Below, one piece after another: positions 50,295 to 63,925 of a stretch of 64,000 nucleotides of DNA. Under the pieces are notes generated by a model. It did no database searches, was not told where the DNA came from, and was given only the letters and a program-made list of their open reading frames with translations. Each line of letters opens with the position of its first letter. The stretch's first letter is position 1. The stretch comes from Octopus sinensis (taxonomy: Eukaryota). The position numbers were made by a program, and so were the translations under genes. The stretch spans positions 2,558 through 66,557 of the forward strand of contig NW_021835562.1 of assembly GCF_006345805.1 (NCBI RefSeq), read 5' to 3'.

Positions 50295-53240
50295 TTGACT
50301 CACCTGAACAACACCCATATGGACGCAGAGATGAAAATAAAAGATTTCACCATTGTTCGTGCGGATCGCACACACCGAAATAAGGGAGGGACAGCCATTT
50401 TATCCATGACTCCTTTTCACTTGATGCCAAGGACACATTTTCCAATGGCTACTGTGAATCGGTATCAGTATACAACAAAGCCAAGGACATAACCATTGTT
50501 GGTCTTTACAGGCCTCCCCAGGCACCTCTAAAGTACTTTGAAGAGTGCCTTAGCAAAGTCAAGTCCTTCCTTCGGAAGTACCACTCCGGAAACATAATAG
50601 TGATGGGTGATTTTAACCTCCCTCATGTGAACTGGCCCAAAATACTCCGAGTTAGGCAAGTGCTCTACATCAGATAGGGCAGCAGCAGAACTGCTCTTTA
50701 ATCTGATGGATGAGTATTTCCTGACTCAGCTAGTGCTTGAACAACGAGACAGAATAAAACGATCTTGGATCTGGTACTGACCAATCACTCTAGCTACGTT
50801 CACAGCATTTCAGTCGAAAACACTCTCCTCTCAGACCACGACATGGTACTCTGCAATCTTAATTCCCGACGTATAAAAAAACAAACCAGCCAATCCCACT
50901 CCATGGCACCCATTTGACAACATAAATTTCCACAAAGCGGACTGGGGACAATCAGAAAGGATCTGTCTTCCATCGACTGGTCCTTTTACTCTCAATTCCC
51001 CTCATATTGAGACCGCGTGGCAGCACTTTGAAACATTGTCACCGACACATGCTCTAAACACGCTCCCAAGAAATCTACTAACACAAACAGAAACCGGCTC
51101 CCTAAAAAGAAAAAACACTCATCAGGCGCATCAAAAGACTCAACAAAAAAAATCAACCAATTAAAATATTCCCACACGCAACATCCACATTCAACAACAA
51201 TGAAAAGACTAGAGCTGGAAAAACTTCATCTGCAGACTAACATGAAAACCTCCATTGAAAATCAAAGAGCTGTGGAGGAACAATGGGTAATCAAAAACAT
51301 CAAAAAGAACCCAAAAGTGTTCTATTCTTATGCAAATAAGCATAGAACCACTGTCTCACATATTGGGCCATTGATTGATGAAAACGGCATTCCCCAACAC
51401 GATGCTAAAGAAATGGCAGAAATACTGCAGAAACAATATTGCTCTGTCTTCAGTGTTCCCACTGATATTGATGTGAGGGAAACGAACGAAGCTGACTCCA
51501 ACACAAAATCGCAGACATAACCTTACTGCCACCGACACATCGTAGCAGCAATAAATGAGGTCAAACATTACTTTGCTGTAGGCCCTGATAGATTTCCCGC
51601 CAGTCTCCTGAAGGAATGTAGATATCAACTTGCAGTCCCTCTGACCAACCTCTGGAGAAACTCGTTAGACGCAGGTTATATACCGAAAAAGTTTCTATCC
51701 CAGTCGGTCATCCCGGTTTTCAAACAGGGAAACAGATCCCTCGCAGTCAACTATCGCCCAATCTCACTCACCTCCCACATCATTAAAGTGTTTGAAAGAG
51801 TGTTAAGATCAAGGATAGCTGACTTCCTGGAGACCCACAAACTCCTAAATTCAAATCAGCATGGCTTTCGCTGTGGCAGGGACTGTCTAACACAGCTCTT
51901 ACACCACATTGAAGATGTACTCAAAGCCTTGGGAACAGGTTCGAACTCTGACGTCATATACCTTGACTTCAGTAAAGCGTTCGACAGGGTAGACCATAAC
52001 ATCCTACTCTCAAAATTGGCAAATGTTGGAATCCGTGGAAAAGTTCTACACTGGATTCAGTATTTCCTAGCGAATAGAACACAACATGTTGTAGTTGATG
52101 GAGTCCACTCAAACCCAGTAAAAGTCACCAGCGGTGTTCCCCAGGGAACTGTTTTGGGTCCGCTACTCTTCATAATTTATGTAAACAACCTTTCCAGTGT
52201 CGTACATCACTGCAAAGTGAAAATATTCGCTGATGACACTAAGCTCCAGCAAATCGTCAATGAAGAAGCAGACCGAACTCAACTCCAGTCTGACTATATG
52301 CTGTGAGTCAATGGGCAGACAGAAACAAAATGCAACTGAATGAGGGAAAATTTGAGCTGATGCATTTTGGAAGAAATTCCTCACTAAAACAACCATACTC
52401 TCTTCCTTCAGGGGAACCGCTCACAGCCTCTAACAATATCAGAGACCAGGGTGTAATTGTTGATGACGATCTCAGTTGGAGTGCACACATCAACAAGAAG
52501 GTCGATACAGCTCGTAGGATGAGTTCCTGGATCTTAAGAACTTTCCGGTCCAGAGAACAAGGTGTCATCATACCACTTTTTTCATCCTTTGTACGGCACA
52601 CCTTGAATACTGCTGCCCACTGTGGTCTCCTCAACACAAGACAAAACATCTCCAGAATTGAGTCACCCCAGAGGGCTCTCACTAAACAAATTGAAGGCAT
52701 GGCTGCTCTCACTTATTGGGATCGCCTTAAAGCCTTGAAACTTTAACTCCCTCCAGCGTCGCCGTGAGCGGTACATCATTTGTACTATGTGGAAAATATA
52801 CCGCCAACTTTGCCCAAACGACCTAAACATTAGCTTCAAGGTTCATCCGAGACTTGGACCACGGGCTATACGTCCCCTGCCAAATTCAAGATCACACATA
52901 CATGTACACTGCAACATAATTTCTTTTCCTCAACAGCCCTGCCCTATTTAACATTGTCCCGAGGGAGATCAAAGAGGAAAAGGATCCCATCAACTCAATT
53001 CAACAGAGTCTGGATAGATTCCTTCAAAGAATACCAGATAAGCCACCCATAATTGGATACAACTCACCCAACAAGAACTCACTACTTGAACAAAACTGGA
53101 TACAACTCACCCAACAAGAACTCACTACTTGAACAAAACTTGACTTAAACAGGATTCGAATAATCCTATCAGGTGGTGCTATTAAGTTAGACATGGCCTG
53201 GACCAATCTCTGTCGAAACATATCTAATTTTATCTAAGTT
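50295..53240 (+). pseudogene. 5'-truncated CR1-group LINE (APE and RT), frameshifted
   Basis: GLYRPP, MGDFNLP, ILDLVLTN and SDH (APE); YRPISLTS, DFSKAFDRVDH, SGVPQGTVLGPLLF and FADDTKL (RT); LQRRRERY C-terminus; flanked by (TA)n on both sides. Confidence 0.92.
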
Positions 53241-53244
53241 TTAT

Positions 53245-53444
53245 ATATATATATATATATAATAATATCTATAGTATAATATATATATATATATATAAAG
53301 ATCATATATACTATATATACATGCATGCATGCATACAAACATACATTCATATGAATCAGAAAATATACATATGTGTGTGTGTGTGTGTAATAGTTATACA
53401 TTATATATATATTTATCTAATTATATGTATGTATATTCAACACA

Positions 53445-53518
<74 letters not shown>

Positions 53519-53747
53519 GTATGTATGTATGTATAATGTATCTATGTATCTATGTATGTATGTTGTATGTTACGTATGTATCTATGATCTATGTATGTAT
53601 GTGTGTATGGTGTGTATGCATGCATGCATGTATGTATTTATGTATGTATGTCTGTATACAGCAAAAAAAGATGTGTGTACATATGGTGGTTTATATGCAC
53701 GTATGTGTTTAATACATATGTGTATGAATATACACACACACACATAT

Positions 53748-53788
<41 letters not shown>

Positions 53789-54174
53789 TATATATATATG
53801 TATGTATGTATGTATTATCTGCATACATATATACATATATATATGTATATATATATATAATACATATATATAGATATATATATATATATAATATATATAT
53901 ATATATATAATATATATATAATATATATATATATATATGCATATATATGTGTTGTGTGAGAGGAGAGAGGAACAACGGTGTTTATATGTGTATGTATCTA
54001 GGCATTTCTGTGTTTACGAAAATATTTATTTGTTTGTTTGTTTTTAGTTTTATCAATCTTTTGACTTCGCTGTTTGTTTAATATTGTTGACTGTGGTTTG
54101 TCCGAATTTTAATCTTTTATTTTAAGCTTTGTACTTATAGATCAATAGGTTTGTACTTGTGCAGTGAACACACA

Positions 54175-54224
<50 letters not shown>

Positions 54225-54429
54225 TACGCACACACACATATACTTTTGTAAATACATCTATATTTACATATATTTATATACACATTCAAATATATATACA
54301 TATATATATATATGCACATATATACATATACATACATATATATACATATAATTATATATGTTATAATATATATCTATATATAACATATATATATATACAT
54401 ACATATATATATATATACTATATATATTC

Positions 54430-54471
<42 letters not shown>

Positions 54472-54560
54472 TAAACATATATACATATATATAAATAAAT
54501 TTATACATATATATATACTCATATACACAGACATATATATATATATATAGGCATATATAT
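53245..54560. repeat. (TA)/(TATG)/(CA) microsatellite cluster
   Basis: Direct inspection. Confidence 0.85.
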
Positions 54561-55404
54561 ATGTGTGTTTGTAAACAGAAACATATGTATATGTCTGTTT
54601 ATTTTTTTAATATAAGCCATAAATATCATAAGCTCTTTAATAAAAACATTGTTAAGTCTAGCTATTCTGGTGCTTTATTTACTTTTACTTCTGAGATTTC
54701 TAACTTTAGATTCAACACCCAGGAAGTTATACAACACAAATAATACTAGAGATTCTTCTCGATAGATACTTATCTTTCGAAATATCTTGTCTGCTGCGCT
54801 AAATTCTTTCTCTTGACCATAGCATTTCCTCTAAATATTATATCGGTCTTGTTGAAAATTATGTTAAAACAATGTATTCCCAATATATATCGTTTTGATA
54901 GATGAAATCAAATATGACACAGCTTTCTCCAAGTATAATTGGTCCTTGAAGAATACAACATTTTACTTTTACTATTTGATATTTAGTAGACCATCCATTT
55001 AATATCTAGTTTACATCGCATTATTCTCATGGATTTGCTACCTTCTCTACCTCACCGACCGTGAAAATAACCGTTTTGTTTAAAAACTCCAATAATTTGA
55101 ATGAAATTTTTGGGGTTTTTTTCCAATACTTGCTGCTATTAAAAGGAATTCTTGTTGCAGAATTTATATTATCAACCGGATGATTAACACTTAATATGTA
55201 ATGGGTATATTTCATTTCAAACTTTCATTTTAGTGATATATCTTTTATATTGTTTGGGTTTTTTTTTTTCATTTTTTTATTTATTTCACTAGTTATCTCT
55301 CCTTTTCATCATCGATTATGCTTTACTATATCATGAATTTCAAATCACTCCAAGGAGGAGGTTTCTACATAGTCACCTGGTTTAACAGAAACAGCAGCCA
55401 AACA

Positions 55405-55626
55405 GCAGGCTGCGAGCTGGCAGAAACGTTAGCACGCCGGGCGAAATGCTGAGCGGTATTTCATCTGCCGCTACGTTCTGAGTTCAAATTCCGCCGAGGT
55501 CGACTTTGCCTTTCATCCTTTCGGGGTCGATAAATTAAGTCCCAGTTACGCACTGGGGGTCGATGTAATCGACTTAATCCCTTTGTCTATCCTTATTTGT
55601 CCCCTTTGGGCAATAAAGAAATAAGA
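55405..55626 (+). mobile_element. SINE family A, full length
   Basis: Head to AATAAAGAAATAAG tail. Confidence 0.9.
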
Positions 55627-55929
55627 AACAATAGCCAAATCTTCCTTGAATGATAACTTCCTTCTTCGAGCGGCTACTATTGAGAGGTGTTTCACTGCAG
55701 TGCACTAGAAATCACTCTTCTCCATTAGCTTTGCCAGATTCTCAGTCTCCTATTATATATCTTTGCCAATAACACCAATGCAGTTGAATCGTCCCATTTC
55801 TCAGACGGGTTACCATTGGCCCGATTTTGCGGAGGAGATTGGTAGTAAGAAGTCCGAGAACACCTGATGTCTCGACGGTGACCGGCGCAAACTGATAGCC
55901 ATCGGTCAGGCCCCTATATTTATTTACAC

Positions 55930-56161
55930 TCTTTACTCTCTTTTACTCTTTTACTTGTTTCAGTCATTTGACTGCGGCCATGCTGGAGCACCGCCTTTTA
56001 GTCGAGCAAATCGACCCAAGGACCTTATTCTTTGGAAGCCTAGTACTTATAACGTTAAGTTACTGGGACGTAAACACACTAGCATCGGTTGTCGAGCGAT
56101 GCTGTGGGGACAAACACAGACACACAAACATATACACACATATATATATATATTATATATA

Positions 56162-56204
<43 letters not shown>

Positions 56205-56374
56205 TTTATACATATATACGATGGGCTTCTTTCAGTTTCCGTCTGCCAAATCCACTCACAAGGCTTTGGTACCCCGAGGCATTAGCAGAAGACACTTGCC
56301 CAAGGTGCCACGCAGTGGGACTGAACCCGGAACCATGTGGTTGGTAAGCAAGCTACTTACCACACTGCCACTCC
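55930..56374 (-). mobile_element. SINE family B, full length
   Basis: Head and (CTCTTTTA)n tail. Confidence 0.9.
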
Positions 56375-56544
56375 TGCGCCTTTTATCTATTTTAACTATT
56401 CAGCAGTATCAGGGCCTAGCAGTGCTTAGACATAAACGAACTTTGAGTTTGTTTGAAATATGCTTGAAATATGCCCCCGCCAAAAAAATTTAACTAACCT
56501 AAAATTTGCTTATTTTAACTAATTATATTTTCAATCAACAACTT

Positions 56545-56850
56545 TTGAATCGTCAGTGTTTTTTACTGACGTCAGTCAATGCAATTGTTGTGGTGTAATT
56601 GTCGGGCGTCATTGGTTAGTTTTTTGTGACGTCATAATTCAATTTTTAAAGTCACTGTTCCTGTTTACAAAAACTCCCTAATTGAAAAGGAAAGCAATCC
56701 GGTTTCAAACTGAAGCAGCGACTTGCTACTAATTTATTTGGACAATTTCTACCACCGTTCGCACAATTATGTACACTAACTTAATAAAAATTGATCAGAT
56801 CAATTGGAACCATGGTCGTAGTAACCAATGGAGAGCCAATGAAAGTTGAT
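56545..56850. promoter_or_regulatory. Candidate promoter/enhancer: two full CRE palindromes plus CCAAT boxes
   Basis: TGACGTCA at 56567-56574 and 56627-56634, half-sites CGTCA, ATTGG at about 56611, and CCAAT twice at about 56825-56840, in non-repeat sequence. Confidence 0.35.
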
Positions 56851-56924
56851 ATGACTCGTGTTATATATATATACACCCTTTAAATCTATTTACTTTGGCC
56901 AAATAAGATTCTTGAAAATAATGA

Positions 56925-57297
56925 GTAAAGACAGACAAAGGGATTTAGTCGATTATATCGACCCTACTGCGTAACTGGTACTTATTTAATCGACCCCGAA
57001 AGGATGAAAGGCAAAGTCGACCTCGGCGGAATTTGAACTCAGAACGTAGCGGCAGACGAAATGCCTATTTCTTTATTACCCACAAGGGGCTAAACACAGA
57101 AGGGACAAACAAGGACAGACATAGGTATTAAGTCGATTACATCGACCCCAGTGCGTAACTGGTACTTAATTTATCGACCCCGAAAGGATGAAAGGCAAAG
57201 TCGACCTCGGCGGAATTTGAACTCAGAACGTAACGGCAGACGAAACACCGCTAAGCATTTCGCCCGGCGTGCTAACGTTTCTGCCAGCTCGTCGCCA
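56925..57297 (-). mobile_element. SINE family A dimer
   Basis: Two tandem units with the same junction as 36022-36450. Confidence 0.9.
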
Positions 57298-58546
57298 AAC
57301 AAGGAAGTAACATTCATTTAAGTGTAAAATACGCAATCTTTCTGCTGCTTTCACGGCTATACTGTGTTTGAAATATTACTTTCTTGTCTGTATGATACCT
57401 TAAACAATATATTTTTTTTAATTCCCAGTGCATTAAGATGCATTACCGTTACTTCTGTGTCTCCTTCATATCCCCATTATATAACCTATTCACTTCTCTT
57501 TCACTTCCGTTGGCCATTTTGTGAATATTACACACCGTCGCGGGCTTATAGCCTCAACTTTAACTTCTTTTCATGGCAACTGACTGTAGTTGCACGCAAC
57601 AAAATTACAAATTCAAAAAAATAAAAAAAGTTTAAGTCCGTTATGACCCCCACCTCGGTTTCCCTGGTGTACAAATGGTTGAGATTACATCTTTCACTCC
57701 TGAACGGGACCTTGGCGCCGTTCCGTCGCAGAGTCAACTTCCCAGCTAATGTTGGAACTTATTTACAGCTGAGTGGACTTACTATATGGCACACCGTTTC
57801 AGCATCATTGCGGCACGCTTTGATTCGAGGAAAATTTGGCAACAGTTTCTGGATGGTCAAGCGACCGCGAAGCAGCTTCTTCGTTGCTTCATAGTCGGGA
57901 TATATGAGCAGAAGTAACCCGCGCAGTTGCTGATAGCGAAAGCTCTGTCCATAATGGTCAAGAGGACATCCAGTATAGGTGGGTATAAATAGCGGTACAC
58001 AAGCTAAAATAGGGAGTACCAGTCATATAATGGGGTCAACTTCATAGACTATATTCCCCTTCCATTATTTGAGGGGTTTTTATGACTTAGTTAAGAAAAA
58101 TAGGGCAGTGAGCTGGCAGAATCGTTAGCACGCCGGGCAGAATGCTTAGCGGCATTTCGTCGGTCTTTACGTTCTGATTTCAAATTCCACTGAGGTCGAC
58201 TTTACCTTTTATCCTTTCGGGGTCGATAAATTAAGTTAATGCGATCGAATTTCCTCAACCCCCAAAATTTCAGGCCTTGTGATAGCAGAAAGGATTATGT
58301 CTAAGTTTAGATAATTAGTATTTTAGTATGTTTCATATAAAAGAGTGGTAGGAGGACAGAATCGTTACAGTGCGAGGAATGAAATCCCTTGTGGTATTTA
58401 TTTACGTCCCTTCATATTCTGAGTTCAAAACGCTTTGAGGTCAGTTGTGCTGTTCTCGCTTACGTGGCTAGATAAAATAAATTACCAGTTAAGCACAGGA
58501 TCGATTTAATATTTCTAGAGACACCGTAGATGAGAATAGAATTATA

Positions 58547-58962
58547 GGATCTTTTCGGTTTGAACGGCAGTTTTTTCTAGCGGTGTCATATGAAATTGTC
58601 ACCCATAATTATGACCCTAGTATTGATCTATTGCATTTCAATCTGTTTTAGGGTTAGGGTTAGGGGTGGGGGAATGGTATCTTTTTTTCTTCACAAATGT
58701 AAGTAAACCCAATCTGTTTCTTAAACGAGGGACATATTCATACGGCACAGAATATTTTTTTTACCTCAATAGACGTCATTGGTTGACATTGCAGAAATTG
58801 AAGATAAAAAAAAAGACAAATATCTTACAAACTATAGAATTTTCTCAATAAAGCCAAAAGAAAAAAAACGTTTTATAAACACATTCTACCAGTATACGAA
58901 GTTTAAAAGTGTTTAGTTACGTGGAAATTATGTTAAAACTGCCGTTCAAACCGAAAAGATCC
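58547..58962 (+). mobile_element. GGATC-ended MITE, copy 5
   Basis: Same TIRs; TSD GAATTATA. Confidence 0.93.
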
Positions 58963-59375
58963 GAATTATATTTGGAAGTTGCTTTTCAACCTTCCAGGGG
59001 TTGATGAAATAAAGTGCCAGTCACGAACATGGCCGATTTAATGTTACTGTAGACATTCCAAGTAAGAATGGAAATATTCTAGAACACTAAGACTTTTTAT
59101 CTTTCCAGTGTCGATAAAATAATGTACCAGTCACGTACTGGTATCGATTTACCATTTCAATAAAATATCTTAGATGTGAATGGAACTATAATCGTAGGCT
59201 TAGACTAACTTTACCATTCATTCTTCAGGAATTGATAAAGAAAGTACCATTCGAGTACTAGGATCGATTTAATATTCCGATAAAGACATCCAAATTGTGA
59301 ATGGCGTTTTATTGGAAGACTAACACATAAGACTAGCTTTAAATTTCATTCTTCTGCAATTGAGAAAATAAAGCA

Positions 59376-60077
59376 GGTTCTTTTCACTTTGACCGGCAGA
59401 TTTTAAAAATAATTTCTTTGTAACTAAACACTTTTAAATTTCGTATACTGGAAGAATGTGTTTATAAAACATCTTTTTCTCTTGGCTTTCTTGAGAAAAT
59501 TCTGTAGTTTGCAAGCTATTTGTTGATTAATTTCTTGCATTTCGGCAATTTCAACCAATCAATGACGTCTATTGAGGTGAAGTCAATTTCTGCCGTAGTG
59601 TCAACAAACTACAGAATTTTCTCAAGTAAGCCAAGAGAAAAAAACGTTTTATAAACACATTTTACCAGTGTGGAAGCACTCCGTCGGTTACGACGACGAG
59701 GGTTCCGGTTGATCCGATCAACGGAACAGCCTGCTCGTGAAATTAACGTGTAAGTGGCTGAGCACTCCACGGACACGTTTACCCTTAACGTAGTTCTCGG
59801 GGATATTCAGCGTGACACAGAGAGTGACAAGGCCGGCCCTTTGAAATACAGGTACAACAGAGACAGGAAGTAAGTGTGAGAGAAAGTTGTGGTGAAAGAG
59901 TACAGCAGGGATCACCACTATCCCCTGCCGGAGCCTCGTGGAGATTTAGGTGTTTTCACTCAATAAACACTCACAACACCCGGTCTCCACCAACATTCTA
60001 CCAGTATACGAAGTTTAAAAAATGTTTAGTTACAAAGAAATTATTTTTAAAATCTGCCGGTCAAAGCGAAAAGATCC
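59376..60077. mobile_element. Fold-back derivative of the GGATC MITE containing a SINE family C insertion (about 59670-59990, minus)
   Basis: Both halves correspond to the MITE right arm in inverted orientation; TSD ATAAAGCA/ATAAAGTA; SINE flanked by ACATT(T/C)TACCAGT. Confidence 0.8.
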
Positions 60078-60199
60078 ATAAAGTACCAGTGAAATACGAG
60101 ATTGTTTTTTTTTTTCAGATGTGAATGGAAAAGACGATCGCTATCTTTGCCTCTCATACTTCTGGGGTTGATAAGTTAAAGTTTTCGGGTCGGTTTACT

Positions 60200-60409
60200 C
60201 TCTTTTGCTCTTTTAGCTGTTTCAGTCATTTGACTGCGGCCATGCTGAAGCACCGCCTTTTAGTCGAACAAATCGACCCCAGGACTTATTCTTTGGGAAC
60301 CTAGTTCTTATTCTATCGGTCTCTTTTGCCGAACCGCTAAGTTACGGGGACGCAAACACACCACCATCGGTTGTCAAGCGATGCAGGGGAGACAAACACA
60401 GACACGCAA

Positions 60410-60489
<80 letters not shown>

Positions 60490-60584
60490 TATATAGTTAT
60501 AGATATAGATATAGATATATATACATATATAGATATATATACATATATATATATATATACATATATATAGATATATATATATAT

Positions 60585-60626
<42 letters not shown>

Positions 60627-60990
60627 TATATATAATATATATATATATACGACGGGCTTCTTTCAGTTTCCGTCTACCAATCTAATCACAAGGCTTTGGT
60701 CGGCCCGAGGCTATAGTAGAAGACATTTGCCCAAGGTGCCATGCAGTGGGAATGAACCCGGAACCATGTGGTTGGTAAGCAAGCTACTTACCACACAACC
60801 ACTCAAAACAGGGTGGCGAACTGGCAGAATCGTTTGCACGACGGGCAAAATGTTTAGCGGTATTTCGTCTGTACGTTCTGAGATCAAATTCCCATGAAAT
60901 AAATACCAGCTGAGCACTGGGGTCGATGTAATGGACTTGGCCCCCCGCTCCCCTCAAACTGCTAGCCTTGTGCCAAAATTTGAAACCGAT
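60200..60990. mobile_element. SINE family B (minus, about 60200-60803) followed by SINE family A (plus, about 60810-60990)
   Basis: Family motifs. Confidence 0.85.
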
Positions 60991-61135
60991 ATTCTTAACA
61001 AACATCTGAGATGTGAATGGCAAGTACTTTGTTAGAAGAACCATAAGAAACCTATCTGGGATCGATAAAATAAAGCAGAAATCAATTAGTGAGATCGATT
61101 CAGTATCTCTATAAAGACATTTTAAATGTGATAAG

Positions 61136-61556
61136 GGATCTTTTCGGTCTGAACGGCAGTTTTTTTCTAGCGGTGTCATTTGAAATTGTCACCCATAATG
61201 ATGACCCTAGTATCGATCTATTGCATTTCAATCTCTTTTAGGGTTAGGGTTAGGGGTGGGTGAAGGGTATCGTTTTTTCTTCACGAATGTAAATAAACCC
61301 AATCTGTTTCTTAAATGAGGGACATATTCATACAGCACAGAATGTTTTTTTTTACCTCAATAGACGTCACTGATTGGTTGAAATTGCAGAAACTGAAGGA
61401 AAAACAACAACAAATATCTTACAAACTATAAAATTTTCTCAATAAAGCCAAGAGAAAAAGATGTTTTATAAACACATTCTACCAGTATACGAAGTTTGAA
61501 ACTTTTTAGTTACCTAGAAATTATGTTAAAAACTGCCGTTCAAACCGAAAAGATCC
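61136..61556 (+). mobile_element. GGATC-ended MITE, copy 6
   Basis: Same TIRs; imperfect TSD GTGATAAG/GTGAATAG. Confidence 0.9.
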
Positions 61557-62097
61557 GTGAATAGTAAGTATTTTAATGGAAGGTTAAGGACATAAGACTA
61601 ACACTTCTGTTCGATTCAATATTTCCTACAGAGACGTCTAAGATATGAATGGCATTTGATGGTAATCTAAGTCATCAGCTATAAAGCAATACAATATACT
61701 TACTTCTGTGACAGGTCCGTCTCTAACGACGCTTTGGGTAGACAGTGTGCAGATGTCGGTGCCAGCATCTCGGACCAAAGTGAGGTCAATTCTGCTTCGC
61801 TTGAGGCCGACAGCAGTCTTTGTTGTTGCATTTGTTGGTGGTCATCGTCGACGTTGTACCTGATGGCTACGATGTTGTTGTTATTGCTGTTTTTGGTTTG
61901 TTTCCTCATCGTTTTTGTTTTTTGTTTTTTTTTTTCGGGTTTTTTTTTTTGTTTTTTAACGTTGTTTTGCTGTTTGTTTGTTTGTTACTCTTGCGTGTTG
62001 TTAGTTAGCCCCAAGTCAGCTCCAGCGGGACAGAACTGTCAACCAAAGGTTTTGCAACCGTGACCATCACACGGTCTTTTAGAAATATACCGGCCAA

Positions 62098-62099
62098 TG

Positions 62100-62149
<50 letters not shown>

Positions 62150-62205
62150 TGTGATTGTTGCTGTTGTTGTTGTTGCTGTTGTTGTTATTGTTGTTGTTGC
62201 TGTTG

Positions 62206-62237
<32 letters not shown>

Positions 62238-62720
62238 GGTGGTGGTGATGGTGGTGGTTGGGTAGCGATGGTGTTAGTGGTGGTGGTGGTGGTGATGCTG
62301 ACTGCAGTAGTAGTAGTAGTAGTTGTTGCTGTTATTGTTGTTTTTGTTGTTGTTGGTAGTAGTGGTGGTAGTGGTGGTAGTGTGGTGGTGGTAGTGTGGT
62401 GGTGGTGGTGTGGTGGTGGTGGTGGTGATGCTGACTGCAGTAGTAGTAGTAGTAGTAGTAGTTGTTGTTGTTGTTGTTGTTGTTGTTTTTAGTGGTGGTG
62501 GTGGTGGTGGTGCTGTCGATATTAATAGTTATGGATTTCTTACTGTTGTTGTCGTGGCCGCCGCCGCCGACATCAATCCAAATAACTGTTGACGTTACTG
62601 TTATTGTCGCCTATTGTTCTTATAGTTGGTGTTGCCATTCATGTTGTTCTTGTTCTTATTCTTGCAGTTGTTGTTGTTGCTGTTGATGATGATGATGATG
62701 TTATTCTGCGAGTTCAAAGC
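62098..62720. repeat. Compound (GTA)/(GTT)/(GGT)/(GAT) trinucleotide array
   Basis: Direct inspection. Confidence 0.9.
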
Positions 62721-62963
62721 TTGTCTTACGCTTTCTTTCTTTTTTTGGTTACTGTTTTTAATGTTTGACTTTTGTTTGTTGTTTGTTTTCACAGTTCTGT
62801 GAGGAGTTTCACTGTTGGCGTTACCTGGCAACACCAGTAAACAAGTTACTCACGTGACGACAACGACGCACGTACACATATACACATACACTCTCTCTTT
62901 TCTCTCTTCTTTCTCTCTCACTCACACACACACTCACACACATATATGTATGTATGTATATAA

Positions 62964-63002
<39 letters not shown>

Positions 63003-63039
63003 TGTATATGTATGTAATTCAATATATACGTTTAAATAT

Positions 63040-63235
63040 TTGTTGTGCAAGATTTTTTATGTGAAGTCGTGTGTGTTGAAACAGATATTGTTATATTTCG
63101 GAATGGTCATATGCCAGTTTAGCCAATAAATATAAAAAATAAATATCACTGAAGCAAAATAACACCAAATATATAGTGCGTGTGTTTTTATTGGCTAAAC
63201 TGGCAATATGACCATTCCGAAATATAACAATATTC
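63040..63235. mobile_element. Family H1 element, copy 3: fold-back of the 3'-terminal segment
   Basis: ATATTGTTATATTTCGGAATGGTCATATGCCAGTTTAGCCAATAAA is inverted against TTTATTGGCTAAACTGGCAATATGACCATTCCGAAATATAACAATAT. Confidence 0.8.
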
Positions 63236-63635
63236 AATATATATATATTGAACTACATATATACCAACTACATACAAACGCATATGTTCATACACATACC
63301 TCACGCATACATACATACATACATGCATACACGCACACATATGCATACACATACATACATACATACATGCATGCATACATACATACATACATACATACAG
63401 ACATACATACATACATACATACATACATACATACATACATACATACATACAGACATACATACATACATACATACATACATACACATACACATACATAAAT
63501 ACATACATAAATACATACATACATACACACATACATAAATACATACATACATACATGCATACATGTGTTCTCTGCGTGTATATATGAAGATGTATATGTG
63601 TATGTATGTAGTTTGATATTTAAAAAGGGCGCTCC

Positions 63636-63925
63636 TATGACACACTCAAAGTCTCGTTGAAGAGCTTAGAGATCCACCCTGACACCGGACACCCAGTCTG
63701 GCGAAGAGGCACCAACAAAGGTGCCGCCTCGTGCAAACAGAACCGGATTGCCAAGGCACAAGGAAAACGCCACCTACGCAAATCCAGAAACAGCTCCTTG
63801 CATTCAGCCGCAACAGACCCACCGTGCCCGACCTGCGACAGACCCTTCAGAACACGTATCGGACTGATCGGCCCGTCTTCTTTTCGCACCTGATGTCTTT
63901 GGTCATCGTCGACAAAGACAAAATA
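63636..63925 (+). pseudogene. 3' end of an RTE-clade LINE
   Basis: DTLKVSLKSLEIHPDT...WRRGTNKGA...KRHLRK...CPTCDRPFRTRIGLI matches the RTE ORF C-terminus with its terminal C2H2-like motif. Confidence 0.85.

Larger units (their letters stand above)
58470..61690. repeat. Old degenerate tandem array (about 110-120-bp unit, about 8 units) disrupted by MITEs and SINEs
   Basis: AGATGTGAATGG-like motif at about 58529, 59061, 59172, 59293, 60117, 61009, 61125 and 61641; most units have an upstream GATAAAATAAAGTACCAG...ATCGATT motif. Confidence 0.6.

Noticed and set aside
54560-55370. AT-rich stretch with interrupted minus-strand frames
   Set aside because: Many stops and no motif I can assign; may be a decayed TE.
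55860-55900. C/D snoRNA-like TGATG...CTGA
   Set aside because: Too short, and no terminal stem.
58470-61690. CRISPR-like repeat-spacer pattern
   Set aside because: Eukaryotic context, highly degenerate units, homologous inter-motif segments and no cas genes.
61700-61909. 69-aa minus-strand ORF with Gln-rich segment
   Set aside because: Partly derived from (GTT)n low-complexity sequence; no homology cue.
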